Under the pieces are notes generated by a model. It saw only the letters and a program-made list of their open reading frames with translations. It searched no databases and had not been told where the DNA came from. This document shows positions 1 to 7,541 of a DNA stretch of 64,000 bases, piece after piece (position 1 is the first letter of the stretch; each line of letters opens with the position of its first letter). This stretch comes from a virus. The stretch is taken from positions 32,001-96,000 of the IMG/VR virus record IMGVR_UViG_3300027973_002292; one strand, given 5' to 3'. Position numbers and translations under genes: made by a program.

Positions 1-1293
1 GATTTGAGTAACAATAATAATAATGGATTATTTGGCAATGGAACTGTGGCAAATATGCCAGATTATGATTTTTATAACAAAGGAGCTTTTAAATTTAATG
101 GAACTTCCGATTTTGTTAAAGTAGGACCGAACTCTTCATTACAAGTAAATAATGTAACAATAGCGGCTTTTTTTAAAACAGTAAATAATGGTCAAGGTGT
201 TCAATTTATAGCTGGATATGGCGACACTGGAATTGCTGGATATTGGCTAGGAACTAGTGGCGGCCCGATAAGATTTTCTATAGGTGGCGGATCAGGAAAT
301 TATTTACAACAAAGTTCTGGCGTCACTCCGAATAATGATCAAATTTATTATGTAGTAGGAACTTATGACGGCGCAAATCAAAGAGTTTATGTGGATGGAG
401 TTTTGCAATATTCAGCGACTACAGTCACTGGTAATATATCTTATGCTGGCTTAACAGATGGATTTTTATTGGGTCAAGTGCAAGGATTTTCTGCTGCTAG
501 ATATTTAACGGGTAACATTTATAATGTTTCTGTTTATAGTCGAGCTTTATCTCAAGCTGAAATAAGTCAAAATTACGAAGCTCTAAAGTCAAAATTTGCA
601 AATACAATTGTACAACAAGGATTAGTATTAAATCTTGATGCTGGTAATCCATATGGTTATGCAGGAGCAGGTACGGTTTGGTATGATGTTAGCGGAAATG
701 CAATAGATGCATCTGCTACTGGAAATATTAATTATAGTAAGTTATATAATGGAGTATTTTCAGTTTATCCATCAGTTAATAGTTACTTTGCCACATCAAC
801 AGTGTCTGCTTTAAATTTAGGATCATCTTCTTTTTCAATAGAAGCTTGGGTTTATTTTGATGCTTCAGTTGCGTCAGATGACGTATATAGAGGAGTAATG
901 AGTTTGGGTACAAATTCAAGTAATTACGTTTACATATCAAAATGGAGATCTGGTTTATATTCTGGTTTGTATGTTCAATATATTGCTGCGGGTGGCACAG
1001 TAACAGGAGTTTATCAAGCTAATGATTATAATCCAGTTTCAAGATGGACACACGTTGTTGCGACAAAATCTTCAAATGTTTTATATTTTTATGTTAATGG
1101 AGTTTTATATTCAACTGCAAGTAATTTAAATACGACATTTACAGGTAATAGTTATGTTCTTATTGCTAATGCTCATGCAGGAGTAGGAACTTTAAATGGT
1201 TACGTTGGGGAATCAAGAGTTTATAACACTTCATTATCTGCCGCTCAAGTTTTACAAAATTACAATGCTACAAAAGGAAGATTTGGATTATAA
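1..1293 (+). CDS. LamG/concanavalin-A-like repeat virion protein (5'-truncated by window edge)
   Basis: The frame is open from base 1 (D-L-S-N-N-N), so TTG at 4 is probably not the start. Two LamG-like units show F-N-G, YYVVGTYDG/WTHVVAT, YVDG/YVNG and YSRALSQAEISQNY/YNTSLSAAQVLQNY, joined by IVQQGLVLNLDAGN..WYDVSGN. Confidence 0.8.
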   Translation, partial: DLSNNNNNGLFGNGTVANMPDYDFYNKGAFKFNGTSDFVKVGPNSSLQVNNVTIAAFFKTVNNGQGVQFIAGYGDTGIAGYWLGTSGGPIRFSIGGGSGNYLQQSSGVTPNNDQIYYVVGTYDGANQRVYVDGVLQYSATTVTGNISYAGLTDGFLLGQVQGFSAARYLTGNIYNVSVYSRALSQAEISQNYEALKSKFANTIVQQGLVLNLDAGNPYGYAGAGTVWYDVSGNAIDASATGNINYSKLYNGVFSVYPSVNSYFATSTVSALNLGSSSFSIEAWVYFDASVASDDVYRGVMSLGTNSSNYVYISKWRSGLYSGLYVQYIAAGGTVTGVYQANDYNPVSRWTHVVATKSSNVLYFYVNGVLYSTASNLNTTFTGNSYVLIANAHAGVGTLNGYVGESRVYNTSLSAAQVLQNYNATKGRFGL

Positions 1294-1313
1294 CGCTCAA
1301 ATCATTTTAAACA

Positions 1314-1319
1314 GTGTAA
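1314..1319 (+). promoter_or_regulatory. GTGTAA motif, putative phage late promoter element
   Basis: AGTGTAAT lies in the intergenic gap 24 nt before ATG 1344; the same motif precedes several other structural genes. Confidence 0.5.
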
Positions 1320-1343
1320 TAAATTTCATATAATAACAAAACT

Positions 1344-2225
1344 ATGAGCGAAGACATGCAACTAAAGTGGAAAGTAACAGCAATGGACTGCTACCCTGAG
1401 TTCAGCGGCGCAACCGATTATGTGTTTAACGTCCACTGGGACTGCTTGTCTTATTATAACGGCGTAAGCGGCGGGCCATACTATGGTAGAGTTTATAGCG
1501 TAACTAGCATTCCAGCCGCTCCTGGGCCAGCCACGCCTTACCTTGACTTGCAGGAAAATCAAGTGTTAGATTGGGTTTATTCGGTTTTTCAATCTGGAGA
1601 TAAAGAAAGATTTGAAAACTCATCAATTCAACAAATAGTTAACCAAATTGCTCCTCCAGTAGTAACTCCTCCAGCTCCTTGGCCCGCAGATATATTTCCA
1701 GTTATTGCCCCGTCCATTACAATACAGCCTCAATCTGGCATTTCTTTATGGTCTGGGCAGAATATCTATGTGTCATTAATGGCTGCCGGCCAACCTCTAA
1801 ATTATCAATGGAGAAAAGATTCTGAAAATCTATCAGGAGTGAATGGAGACGGATTACAAATTTTAAACATACAACTAGATCAAGCTGGGCTCTATGATGT
1901 TGTAGTATCGAACTCTTTGGGGTCAGTTACAAGTTCTGGGTGCCAAATTTCTGTCGCTCCTCCAGTTGTTCCAGTGATAGTAGATCAACCAGCGGGAGGA
2001 GAAGCCGTTACTGGATCTTCATTTATATTTAATGTAATAGCGACGGGATATCCGACTCCATCTTATCAATGGATGTTTAATAGTTCAGAGATTTCTGGAG
2101 CTGTATGGGCAGGATATGATTTACCGAATTTGCAAGAGAATCAAGCCGGAGATTATACGGTTAAAGTATCTAATGCTGCTGGAGAAGTTTTGAGTAATGT
2201 TGCTCATTTGAATGTTGTAATTTGA
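1344..2225 (+). CDS. Virion-associated protein: phage N-terminal domain plus two Ig-like (I-set type) domains
   Basis: Two repeats of P-x-I-x-x-Q-P ... G-x-P-x-x-Y-Q-W ... AG-x-Y-x-V-x-V-S-N-x-x-G-x-V-x-S follow a Pro-rich linker. Confidence 0.75.
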   Translation: MSEDMQLKWKVTAMDCYPEFSGATDYVFNVHWDCLSYYNGVSGGPYYGRVYSVTSIPAAPGPATPYLDLQENQVLDWVYSVFQSGDKERFENSSIQQIVNQIAPPVVTPPAPWPADIFPVIAPSITIQPQSGISLWSGQNIYVSLMAAGQPLNYQWRKDSENLSGVNGDGLQILNIQLDQAGLYDVVVSNSLGSVTSSGCQISVAPPVVPVIVDQPAGGEAVTGSSFIFNVIATGYPTPSYQWMFNSSEISGAVWAGYDLPNLQENQAGDYTVKVSNAAGEVLSNVAHLNVVI

Positions 2226-2253
2226 ACTTAATAAGAGATTATCTCTGGATAGA

Positions 2254-2259
2254 GTGTAA
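2254..2259 (+). promoter_or_regulatory. GTGTAA motif, putative late promoter element
   Basis: AGTGTAAT; the GTGTAA core ends 8 nt before ATG 2268. Confidence 0.5.
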
Positions 2260-2267
2260 TAAAAAGC

Positions 2268-2711
2268 ATGGCTTCTTTACTGACATCAGCCCAGAAAACA
2301 ATATTTAAAAAAGGATTGAATGATTTATTCGATACCTTTAAGCAAGATATTGTAATTTATAAAGACGCTCAGATAGAAATCGTAGATGTTAACAAGCCAA
2401 GAATGTATGGCTACAATGAAAGAGTTGACATTTCTAATATCAATTTTGTGCCAGTGACTGGAGTATTTTCAGCACTGGTTAATTTCAATGTTAATCAGAA
2501 ACAAGCTTACTTGGACGAAGTGGGAAACGTAGTTCCTAAAGGAGACACTTCAATAAAAGTAAAAAGTGACGCTTATGATTTTATAGAAAACGATAGCAAC
2601 ACTTTGAATGTAGGCATTAACGACACTCTATATAAAATAATATCATCAGAATCTTTTAGAAGATATATCACTCCAGACTACTATACTTATTATTTAGAAA
2701 GGGTAAGGTAA
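2268..2711 (+). CDS. Putative head closure / head-tail joining protein
   Basis: 147-aa beta-rich protein ending in Y-x-Y-Y-L-E-R, located upstream of the tail genes. The call rests on size and synteny. Confidence 0.4.
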   Translation: MASLLTSAQKTIFKKGLNDLFDTFKQDIVIYKDAQIEIVDVNKPRMYGYNERVDISNINFVPVTGVFSALVNFNVNQKQAYLDEVGNVVPKGDTSIKVKSDAYDFIENDSNTLNVGINDTLYKIISSESFRRYITPDYYTYYLERVR

Positions 2712-3364
2712 TGACCTTTACTAACATCAAAGTAAATGGAGATTTAATATCTGACGCTTTGGAGAATAAATTTATCCAAAAACAAATAGAAAACTTAATC
2801 AAAAACAATTTTGAGTCTCAAAAAATCGAAATGATTCAAGGCTTTTTAAAAGACAAAATTTCTCAAGAGATTGCGAGTCCAGATTTAGGAAACATATCGG
2901 GAACTCTTGGAGGTTATGGAGATTTATTTGGTTTTATTGGCTTTTTCGAAGGCTCTTCTCCTATCGAAGAGGTTTCTAAAATATTATTTAGTACAACACA
3001 ATTAAAATCTATAAGAATAGAAAGGATATTTAATAGAGACGCAAAAGGCAGATTCACGACTGGGCGAACATATAGAAATATAAATATATCATTTTCTGTT
3101 CCTGACCTTGATGATTTTGACGAAACTTCTCGAAGCGTTGTTAGAGATTACTCAGGAAGAAACTGGATTAAAGGAGTAGAGAAAGGCATCTCTGGATTTA
3201 ATAGATACGCAAATTATCCAAGAGGCGAATCTCGTAGAGGCGTAGAATTAGATGGCGTTATAAAAAACCCATCAGTATCTAGGCCTAGACTTTCTAATTA
3301 CAAACCAAGAGGATACGTGACTCCTTTAATAAAAGAATTCATTAAAAAAATTAGCGGAATATGA
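2711..3364 (+). CDS. Putative neck / tail completion protein
   Basis: Basic 217-aa protein coupled to both neighbours (TAATG and ATGA overlaps), between the closure-like and terminator-like genes. Contains RDAKGRF. Confidence 0.35.
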   Translation: MTFTNIKVNGDLISDALENKFIQKQIENLIKNNFESQKIEMIQGFLKDKISQEIASPDLGNISGTLGGYGDLFGFIGFFEGSSPIEEVSKILFSTTQLKSIRIERIFNRDAKGRFTTGRTYRNINISFSVPDLDDFDETSRSVVRDYSGRNWIKGVEKGISGFNRYANYPRGESRRGVELDGVIKNPSVSRPRLSNYKPRGYVTPLIKEFIKKISGI

Positions 3365-4218
3365 AAGCCAATTATCAAAATACTTTAACCAGCAGCTTCC
3401 TTTTGTATATAGATCACGAAGTCACAAAAAGAGGCGAGGCTTATACTAATTTGTCTTCTTACTTTTATCCAGTAACTGGAGTGTATAGAAATTACTACAC
3501 ATACGCTGCGCCATATAAACAATTGGTAAGCGACTCTTCTGTAAATGGGCCGACTAAATGTTCTGGGGTATATTTGAATGGCAATTTTATAACTCCTGGC
3601 CAAAGCGGGCTAGTTGCTATAAATCACTACGATGGTCAAGTGATTTTTAATGTTAATAGAAACTCTTCTGTAATAAGCGGAAATTATGCTATAAAAGATT
3701 ACAACGTTTACCTAACAGATAAAACCGAAGACAGAATTCTATTCTATACTAAAATAGAAAACAAGAATAGAAAACCTCAAACGGTAAGAGGATTGCAGGT
3801 TAACGAAATAACTTACCCGGCTATCTTTTTAACAATGATCAATTCTAAGAATGATCCATTTGCTTTCGGGGGAGTAGATATGACTAGTTCTTATTTTAGA
3901 GCTATTGTTATGTCTGATTCTCAATTTTCTTTAGACGCAGCTTGCGGCATATTAAGAGACTCTTCTCATAATTTTTTCAGACTAATTGATAACAATGATC
4001 TAAAAATGAACGCAATGAGTTCCTATACTGGAACTGCTTATAATTATACCGGAATAGCAACCGGAGCGCCAGTGTATATATCTGATGTTAGCGTCTCAAG
4101 AGTAGCGGTTAATAAATCTGCTGATTTTGTAGACTTGAATCCAGATGTCTTTTCAGCTTTTGTTGATTTTGATTTAGAGTCAGTAAGAAATCCTCACACA
4201 GACGGCGTTGCGTCTTAA
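3361..4218 (+). CDS. Putative tail terminator protein
   Basis: Immediately precedes the tail tube gene. Its C-terminal half (YPAIFL...FAFGG...FRAIVMSDSQFSLD) resembles terminator-type proteins. Confidence 0.45.
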   Translation: MKANYQNTLTSSFLLYIDHEVTKRGEAYTNLSSYFYPVTGVYRNYYTYAAPYKQLVSDSSVNGPTKCSGVYLNGNFITPGQSGLVAINHYDGQVIFNVNRNSSVISGNYAIKDYNVYLTDKTEDRILFYTKIENKNRKPQTVRGLQVNEITYPAIFLTMINSKNDPFAFGGVDMTSSYFRAIVMSDSQFSLDAACGILRDSSHNFFRLIDNNDLKMNAMSSYTGTAYNYTGIATGAPVYISDVSVSRVAVNKSADFVDLNPDVFSAFVDFDLESVRNPHTDGVAS

Positions 4219-4253
4219 AATTATAAAAAATAATTCCAAAGTCAAATTTCTGA

Positions 4254-4259
4254 GTGTAA
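4254..4259 (+). promoter_or_regulatory. GTGTAA motif, putative late promoter element of the tail tube gene
   Basis: AGTGTAAA lies 30 nt before ATG 4290, followed by an AAGGAA RBS-like sequence. Confidence 0.5.
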
Positions 4260-4289
4260 AACTAAGTTAGAACTATATAAGGAACATAT

Positions 4290-5426
4290 ATGCCAAGAAA
4301 TAGAGTAATTTACCAAAGCGACGCTGTATATTCAGCACCAACAGGAGAAGCTACGCTCTCTGCGGCAAATCACAGCCTCAGAAGAGTCCAGAGTTGTAAC
4401 TACAACTTTAGCATTCAACGTCAAGATATTAATCAATTTGGAGAGCTAGCGGCTATTGATAGGTTGATTATTCAAGAGCCTACGGTAGCGGTTGATTTAT
4501 CTTATTACTTTGAGCCAACAGGGTTCAATGAAAGGCATTTAGGTCTAAGAACCAATGCTGTCACAGGCGTGTCTAGCATTGCAGATCACATGCTAGATTT
4601 CATTATAGCTAGCGGAGCTGATTATAATCAAAAAAATATATTTATTATGACTAGTGACGCTGGTATCGATGCCAACGATACTACGGCAATGGCAGTTACA
4701 TCGAACTACGATGGTATCATTGGTATTGGTAACGCATTCTTAACTTCTTGGTCTCTAGAAGCTGCTGTAGGAGGAATCCCAACAGTAACTTGCGCTCTAG
4801 AAGGGCAAAATATAGTATTTACTGGCGGAATTTCAACTTTAGTAGCTCCAAATCCATCTATCGTAAATGGAACTGATCCTGGCACAACAGTCACTTTACC
4901 AGCTGGAGCTGGATCGTTTGATGCGACAGCAGAAGTTGCGGCAATAAGACCCGGTGACGTTACATTGTTTTTAGGCACTACTGATACAGACGACAAGCCA
5001 ATGGTTGGTCTATCTGAGGCTGATTTGAAGATTCAAAGTGCTAGCGTATCATTAACAATCAATCGCGAACCAATCAGAAAACTTGGAAATACATTCGCAT
5101 TTGCAAGAGAAATAACATTCCCAATTAACTGCACAATGTCTGTAAATGCAGTAGTTGGTGACTTAGCCAATAATAGATTATTTAGTCTTGTTAATAGAGC
5201 TTGCGACGATGGTACTAAATATACAGCAATGCTAACTCTAAACGGTTACAAAGGTTCTACTTGCACAGCAAATTTTGCTCAGATTATTCTAAAGGGAGCT
5301 AAGTTAGATTCTCAAAATATAACCTCTTCTATAGGACCAAATAAGACTGTCACCTTTGAGCTCTCTGCTCAAATCGGCAAAAACTCTGGATTGCACTTCA
5401 GATCTTCGCAAACGAATAATCCATAA
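4290..5426 (+). CDS. Major tail tube protein
   Basis: Two internally similar halves (RVQSCNYNFSIQRQDINQFG / KIQSASVSLTINREPIRKLG) and beta-rich composition. It has an RBS, is followed by a strong terminator and lies upstream of chaperone-like genes and the TMP. Confidence 0.7.
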   Translation: MPRNRVIYQSDAVYSAPTGEATLSAANHSLRRVQSCNYNFSIQRQDINQFGELAAIDRLIIQEPTVAVDLSYYFEPTGFNERHLGLRTNAVTGVSSIADHMLDFIIASGADYNQKNIFIMTSDAGIDANDTTAMAVTSNYDGIIGIGNAFLTSWSLEAAVGGIPTVTCALEGQNIVFTGGISTLVAPNPSIVNGTDPGTTVTLPAGAGSFDATAEVAAIRPGDVTLFLGTTDTDDKPMVGLSEADLKIQSASVSLTINREPIRKLGNTFAFAREITFPINCTMSVNAVVGDLANNRLFSLVNRACDDGTKYTAMLTLNGYKGSTCTANFAQIILKGAKLDSQNITSSIGPNKTVTFELSAQIGKNSGLHFRSSQTNNP

Positions 5427-5443
5427 TTTTAAATTAATGAAAC

Positions 5444-5474
5444 AAACCCTCGCCTTAACTGGCGGGGGTTTTTT
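5444..5474 (+). terminator. Rho-independent terminator
   Basis: Stem AAACCCTCGCC (5444-5454), loop TTAACT, stem GGCGGGGGTTT (5461-5471, one G-U pair), then a T run; 17 nt after the tail tube stop. Confidence 0.85.
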
Positions 5475-5517
5475 ATTTTATATTTATTACTATTATTCTT
5501 TTATAATAGATAGGAAT

Positions 5518-5799
5518 ATGGATAATTTAAAACTAAAAGAGTATGTAAAGTTCCAAATTGATCGGGGCGTTATTTCTCTATACAAAAAATACTTTGAAAT
5601 GGTTGAAGATTTACACAAAGAACATTTGCTTCTTTTGGAAAAAGTTAAAGACAAAACGTCTGAAGACTTTGTAAAAAACATTGATTATTTTGATACTGAT
5701 AAATATAATTATATACGCAAAAAGATTTTGGACGCTGGCAACGACACAATAAGAACAATTGATGCCAATCTTAAGTCTGTAAACGTAACTTTAAAATAA
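5518..5799 (+). CDS. Hypothetical protein, 93 aa
   Basis: ATG 5518 is preceded by TAGGAA and by TATAAT (5502-5507). The longer 5356 start crosses the terminator and is unlikely. Confidence 0.7.
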   Translation: MDNLKLKEYVKFQIDRGVISLYKKYFEMVEDLHKEHLLLLEKVKDKTSEDFVKNIDYFDTDKYNYIRKKILDAGNDTIRTIDANLKSVNVTLK

Positions 5800-5801
5800 A
5801 T

Positions 5802-6515
5802 ATGAAAGAAAAATGGCTCCACGTTTTTACATTAGATAAAACGCAAAAGGTAAAAGAAACGATTGTTGAAAAAGACGAATCTGGAAACGAAGTGCAGATT
5901 ACTAAAGAAGTAGAGAAGAAAGTCCCTCAACGTTTTTGTATCTTAAAGCCTACCAGAAAGATACAAGATGATTCTTCTATTTTTTATTCTGTTAAGGTCT
6001 CTGAGGCTATTAAACTAGGATTAATAACTAAAGCATTTTTGCTGAGGAAATTTCAAAAGGATGGAGTTCTAGCTTCAGATGACGAGAAGAAGGAATATAC
6101 GAATAATTATTCTAGAGCTATAATGATAGAGGTAGACGCTGAAAAGATTAAGAATGACTCTAGCCTTTCAGATGCTGAGAAGGATCTTAAGATTGCTAAT
6201 ATTAATGATGACTATAAGTCTTTGAGACAAAAGCTTTTTGATTACGAAAGCGTTCAAAATTCTTTATTTGATAATACGGCAGAAAAGAGAGCTGCGGATT
6301 TGCTCAATCTTTGGTTTGTACTAAACTTGCTATATTCAGGAGACGAAGGTTCCGAAACTTGCCTTTTCGGAGATGGAACTTTTGACCAAAGAATGGAAAG
6401 GTTGAATCAAATTGAAGACTCTGAAGATCAATTCTTAACTGGAGTTGTTGAAAAGGGAGCCTTCTTGATTGGCCAATTGAATTCAGGCGTTAGCAAGGAA
6501 GACCTTGTAACCTAA
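5802..6515 (+). CDS. Putative tail assembly chaperone
   Basis: Charged helical protein between the tail tube and TMP genes; the call rests on synteny only. Confidence 0.45.
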   Translation: MKEKWLHVFTLDKTQKVKETIVEKDESGNEVQITKEVEKKVPQRFCILKPTRKIQDDSSIFYSVKVSEAIKLGLITKAFLLRKFQKDGVLASDDEKKEYTNNYSRAIMIEVDAEKIKNDSSLSDAEKDLKIANINDDYKSLRQKLFDYESVQNSLFDNTAEKRAADLLNLWFVLNLLYSGDEGSETCLFGDGTFDQRMERLNQIEDSEDQFLTGVVEKGAFLIGQLNSGVSKEDLVT

Positions 6516-6520
6516 TAGAT

Positions 6521-7513
6521 GTGACAGACACTTATACAAAAATAAATTTACTAAAAAGTTTATACGGAGAAATTTGCTTGGGCTTTTCTGAGTTTGAACA
6601 TTCAGGAAAGCCTATTTTTATTAGACATTTCACAGAGATAGAAAATGGAATGCTCAATAAGAAAAGAGAAGCATTTCTCAAGGAGGCTGTCGAGAAAGGT
6701 TTAGATCAAAAAGAAGACAAGCTAATTTTCTTAATGCGGGAAAATATTTGGGATAGAGAAAATGAAATACGAATAGAATCTCTAAAAAAACAAATATCAG
6801 ACACTAACTTAATCCTTCAGAATTTGATAGTAAAGAAGCAAATTAATGAAACTAAAAGTAGAATAAAATTGCTAGAAACCGAAGCCTCAGAATTAGAAAA
6901 AGAAAAATCTTATCTTTTAGGTTTTTGTGCTGAAGATTATGCGGAAAAGTTATTTAATGAGCTGTTTATATTTCAAGCTTTCTTTAAAAACGAAGATCTT
7001 AAAGAGAGGTATTTTACAAAAGAAGAATTCGAAGAGTTAGATGAAATAGAACTTACAGATCTTGTGAGGTCTCTAAATTTATTTTATCAAAAATTTTCAC
7101 TTAAAGAAATCAAAAGAGTAGCTGCTTGTTCGTTTTTAATGAGCTTATTTCATTTATGTAATGATAACGCTTATTACTTTTACGGTAAGTATATTAAAGA
7201 CTTAACTGTCTTTCAAGCTAATTTATTTTCTCAATGCAAGTACTTTAAATCATTAATACAAAACAAAGCTCAAGCTAACCCTCCCGAAGATGTTTCCGAA
7301 GATCCTGATAAGATGATTGATTGGTACGAAATGGTGATAAATTCTGACATTGGAAAGGCTGACGATAACGTTTTAGGAGTTGGCCATATTGGAGCTTCTA
7401 CAGAAGAATTGCAAAAGATGGCGGGCGGAGGAGCTTCCACATTGTCAGAAATAGCTAAAAAGAAAGGAAATAAGCTTACTAGAGAAGATTTTATTAAAAT
7501 GCATGGAATATAG
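6521..7513 (+). CDS. Putative tail assembly chaperone (second)
   Basis: GTG start, coiled-coil segment and PPEDVSEDPDKMIDW motif; directly precedes the TMP. Confidence 0.45.
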   Translation: MTDTYTKINLLKSLYGEICLGFSEFEHSGKPIFIRHFTEIENGMLNKKREAFLKEAVEKGLDQKEDKLIFLMRENIWDRENEIRIESLKKQISDTNLILQNLIVKKQINETKSRIKLLETEASELEKEKSYLLGFCAEDYAEKLFNELFIFQAFFKNEDLKERYFTKEEFEELDEIELTDLVRSLNLFYQKFSLKEIKRVAACSFLMSLFHLCNDNAYYFYGKYIKDLTVFQANLFSQCKYFKSLIQNKAQANPPEDVSEDPDKMIDWYEMVINSDIGKADDNVLGVGHIGASTEELQKMAGGGASTLSEIAKKKGNKLTREDFIKMHGI

Positions 7514-7518
7514 TGTAA
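7513..7518 (+). promoter_or_regulatory. GTGTAA motif, putative late promoter element of the TMP gene
   Basis: TAGTGTAATAAATA overlaps the upstream stop, 23 nt before ATG 7542; an AAGGAA RBS follows. Confidence 0.5.
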
Positions 7519-7541
7519 TAAATAAAGGTTAAAGGAAAAAT

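Noticed and set aside
5356-5517. N-terminal extension of the 5356-5799 ORF
   Set aside because: It overlaps the tube gene and crosses the terminator and AT tract. ATG 5518 has an RBS.
6494-6521. Programmed -1 frameshift joining the two chaperone-like genes (lambda G/GT type)
   Set aside because: The second gene is in the -1 frame, but that frame is open only back to a TAG at 6491. The stretch CAAGGAAGACCTTGTAACC has no XXXYYYZ slippery site, and the first gene ends in a double stop.
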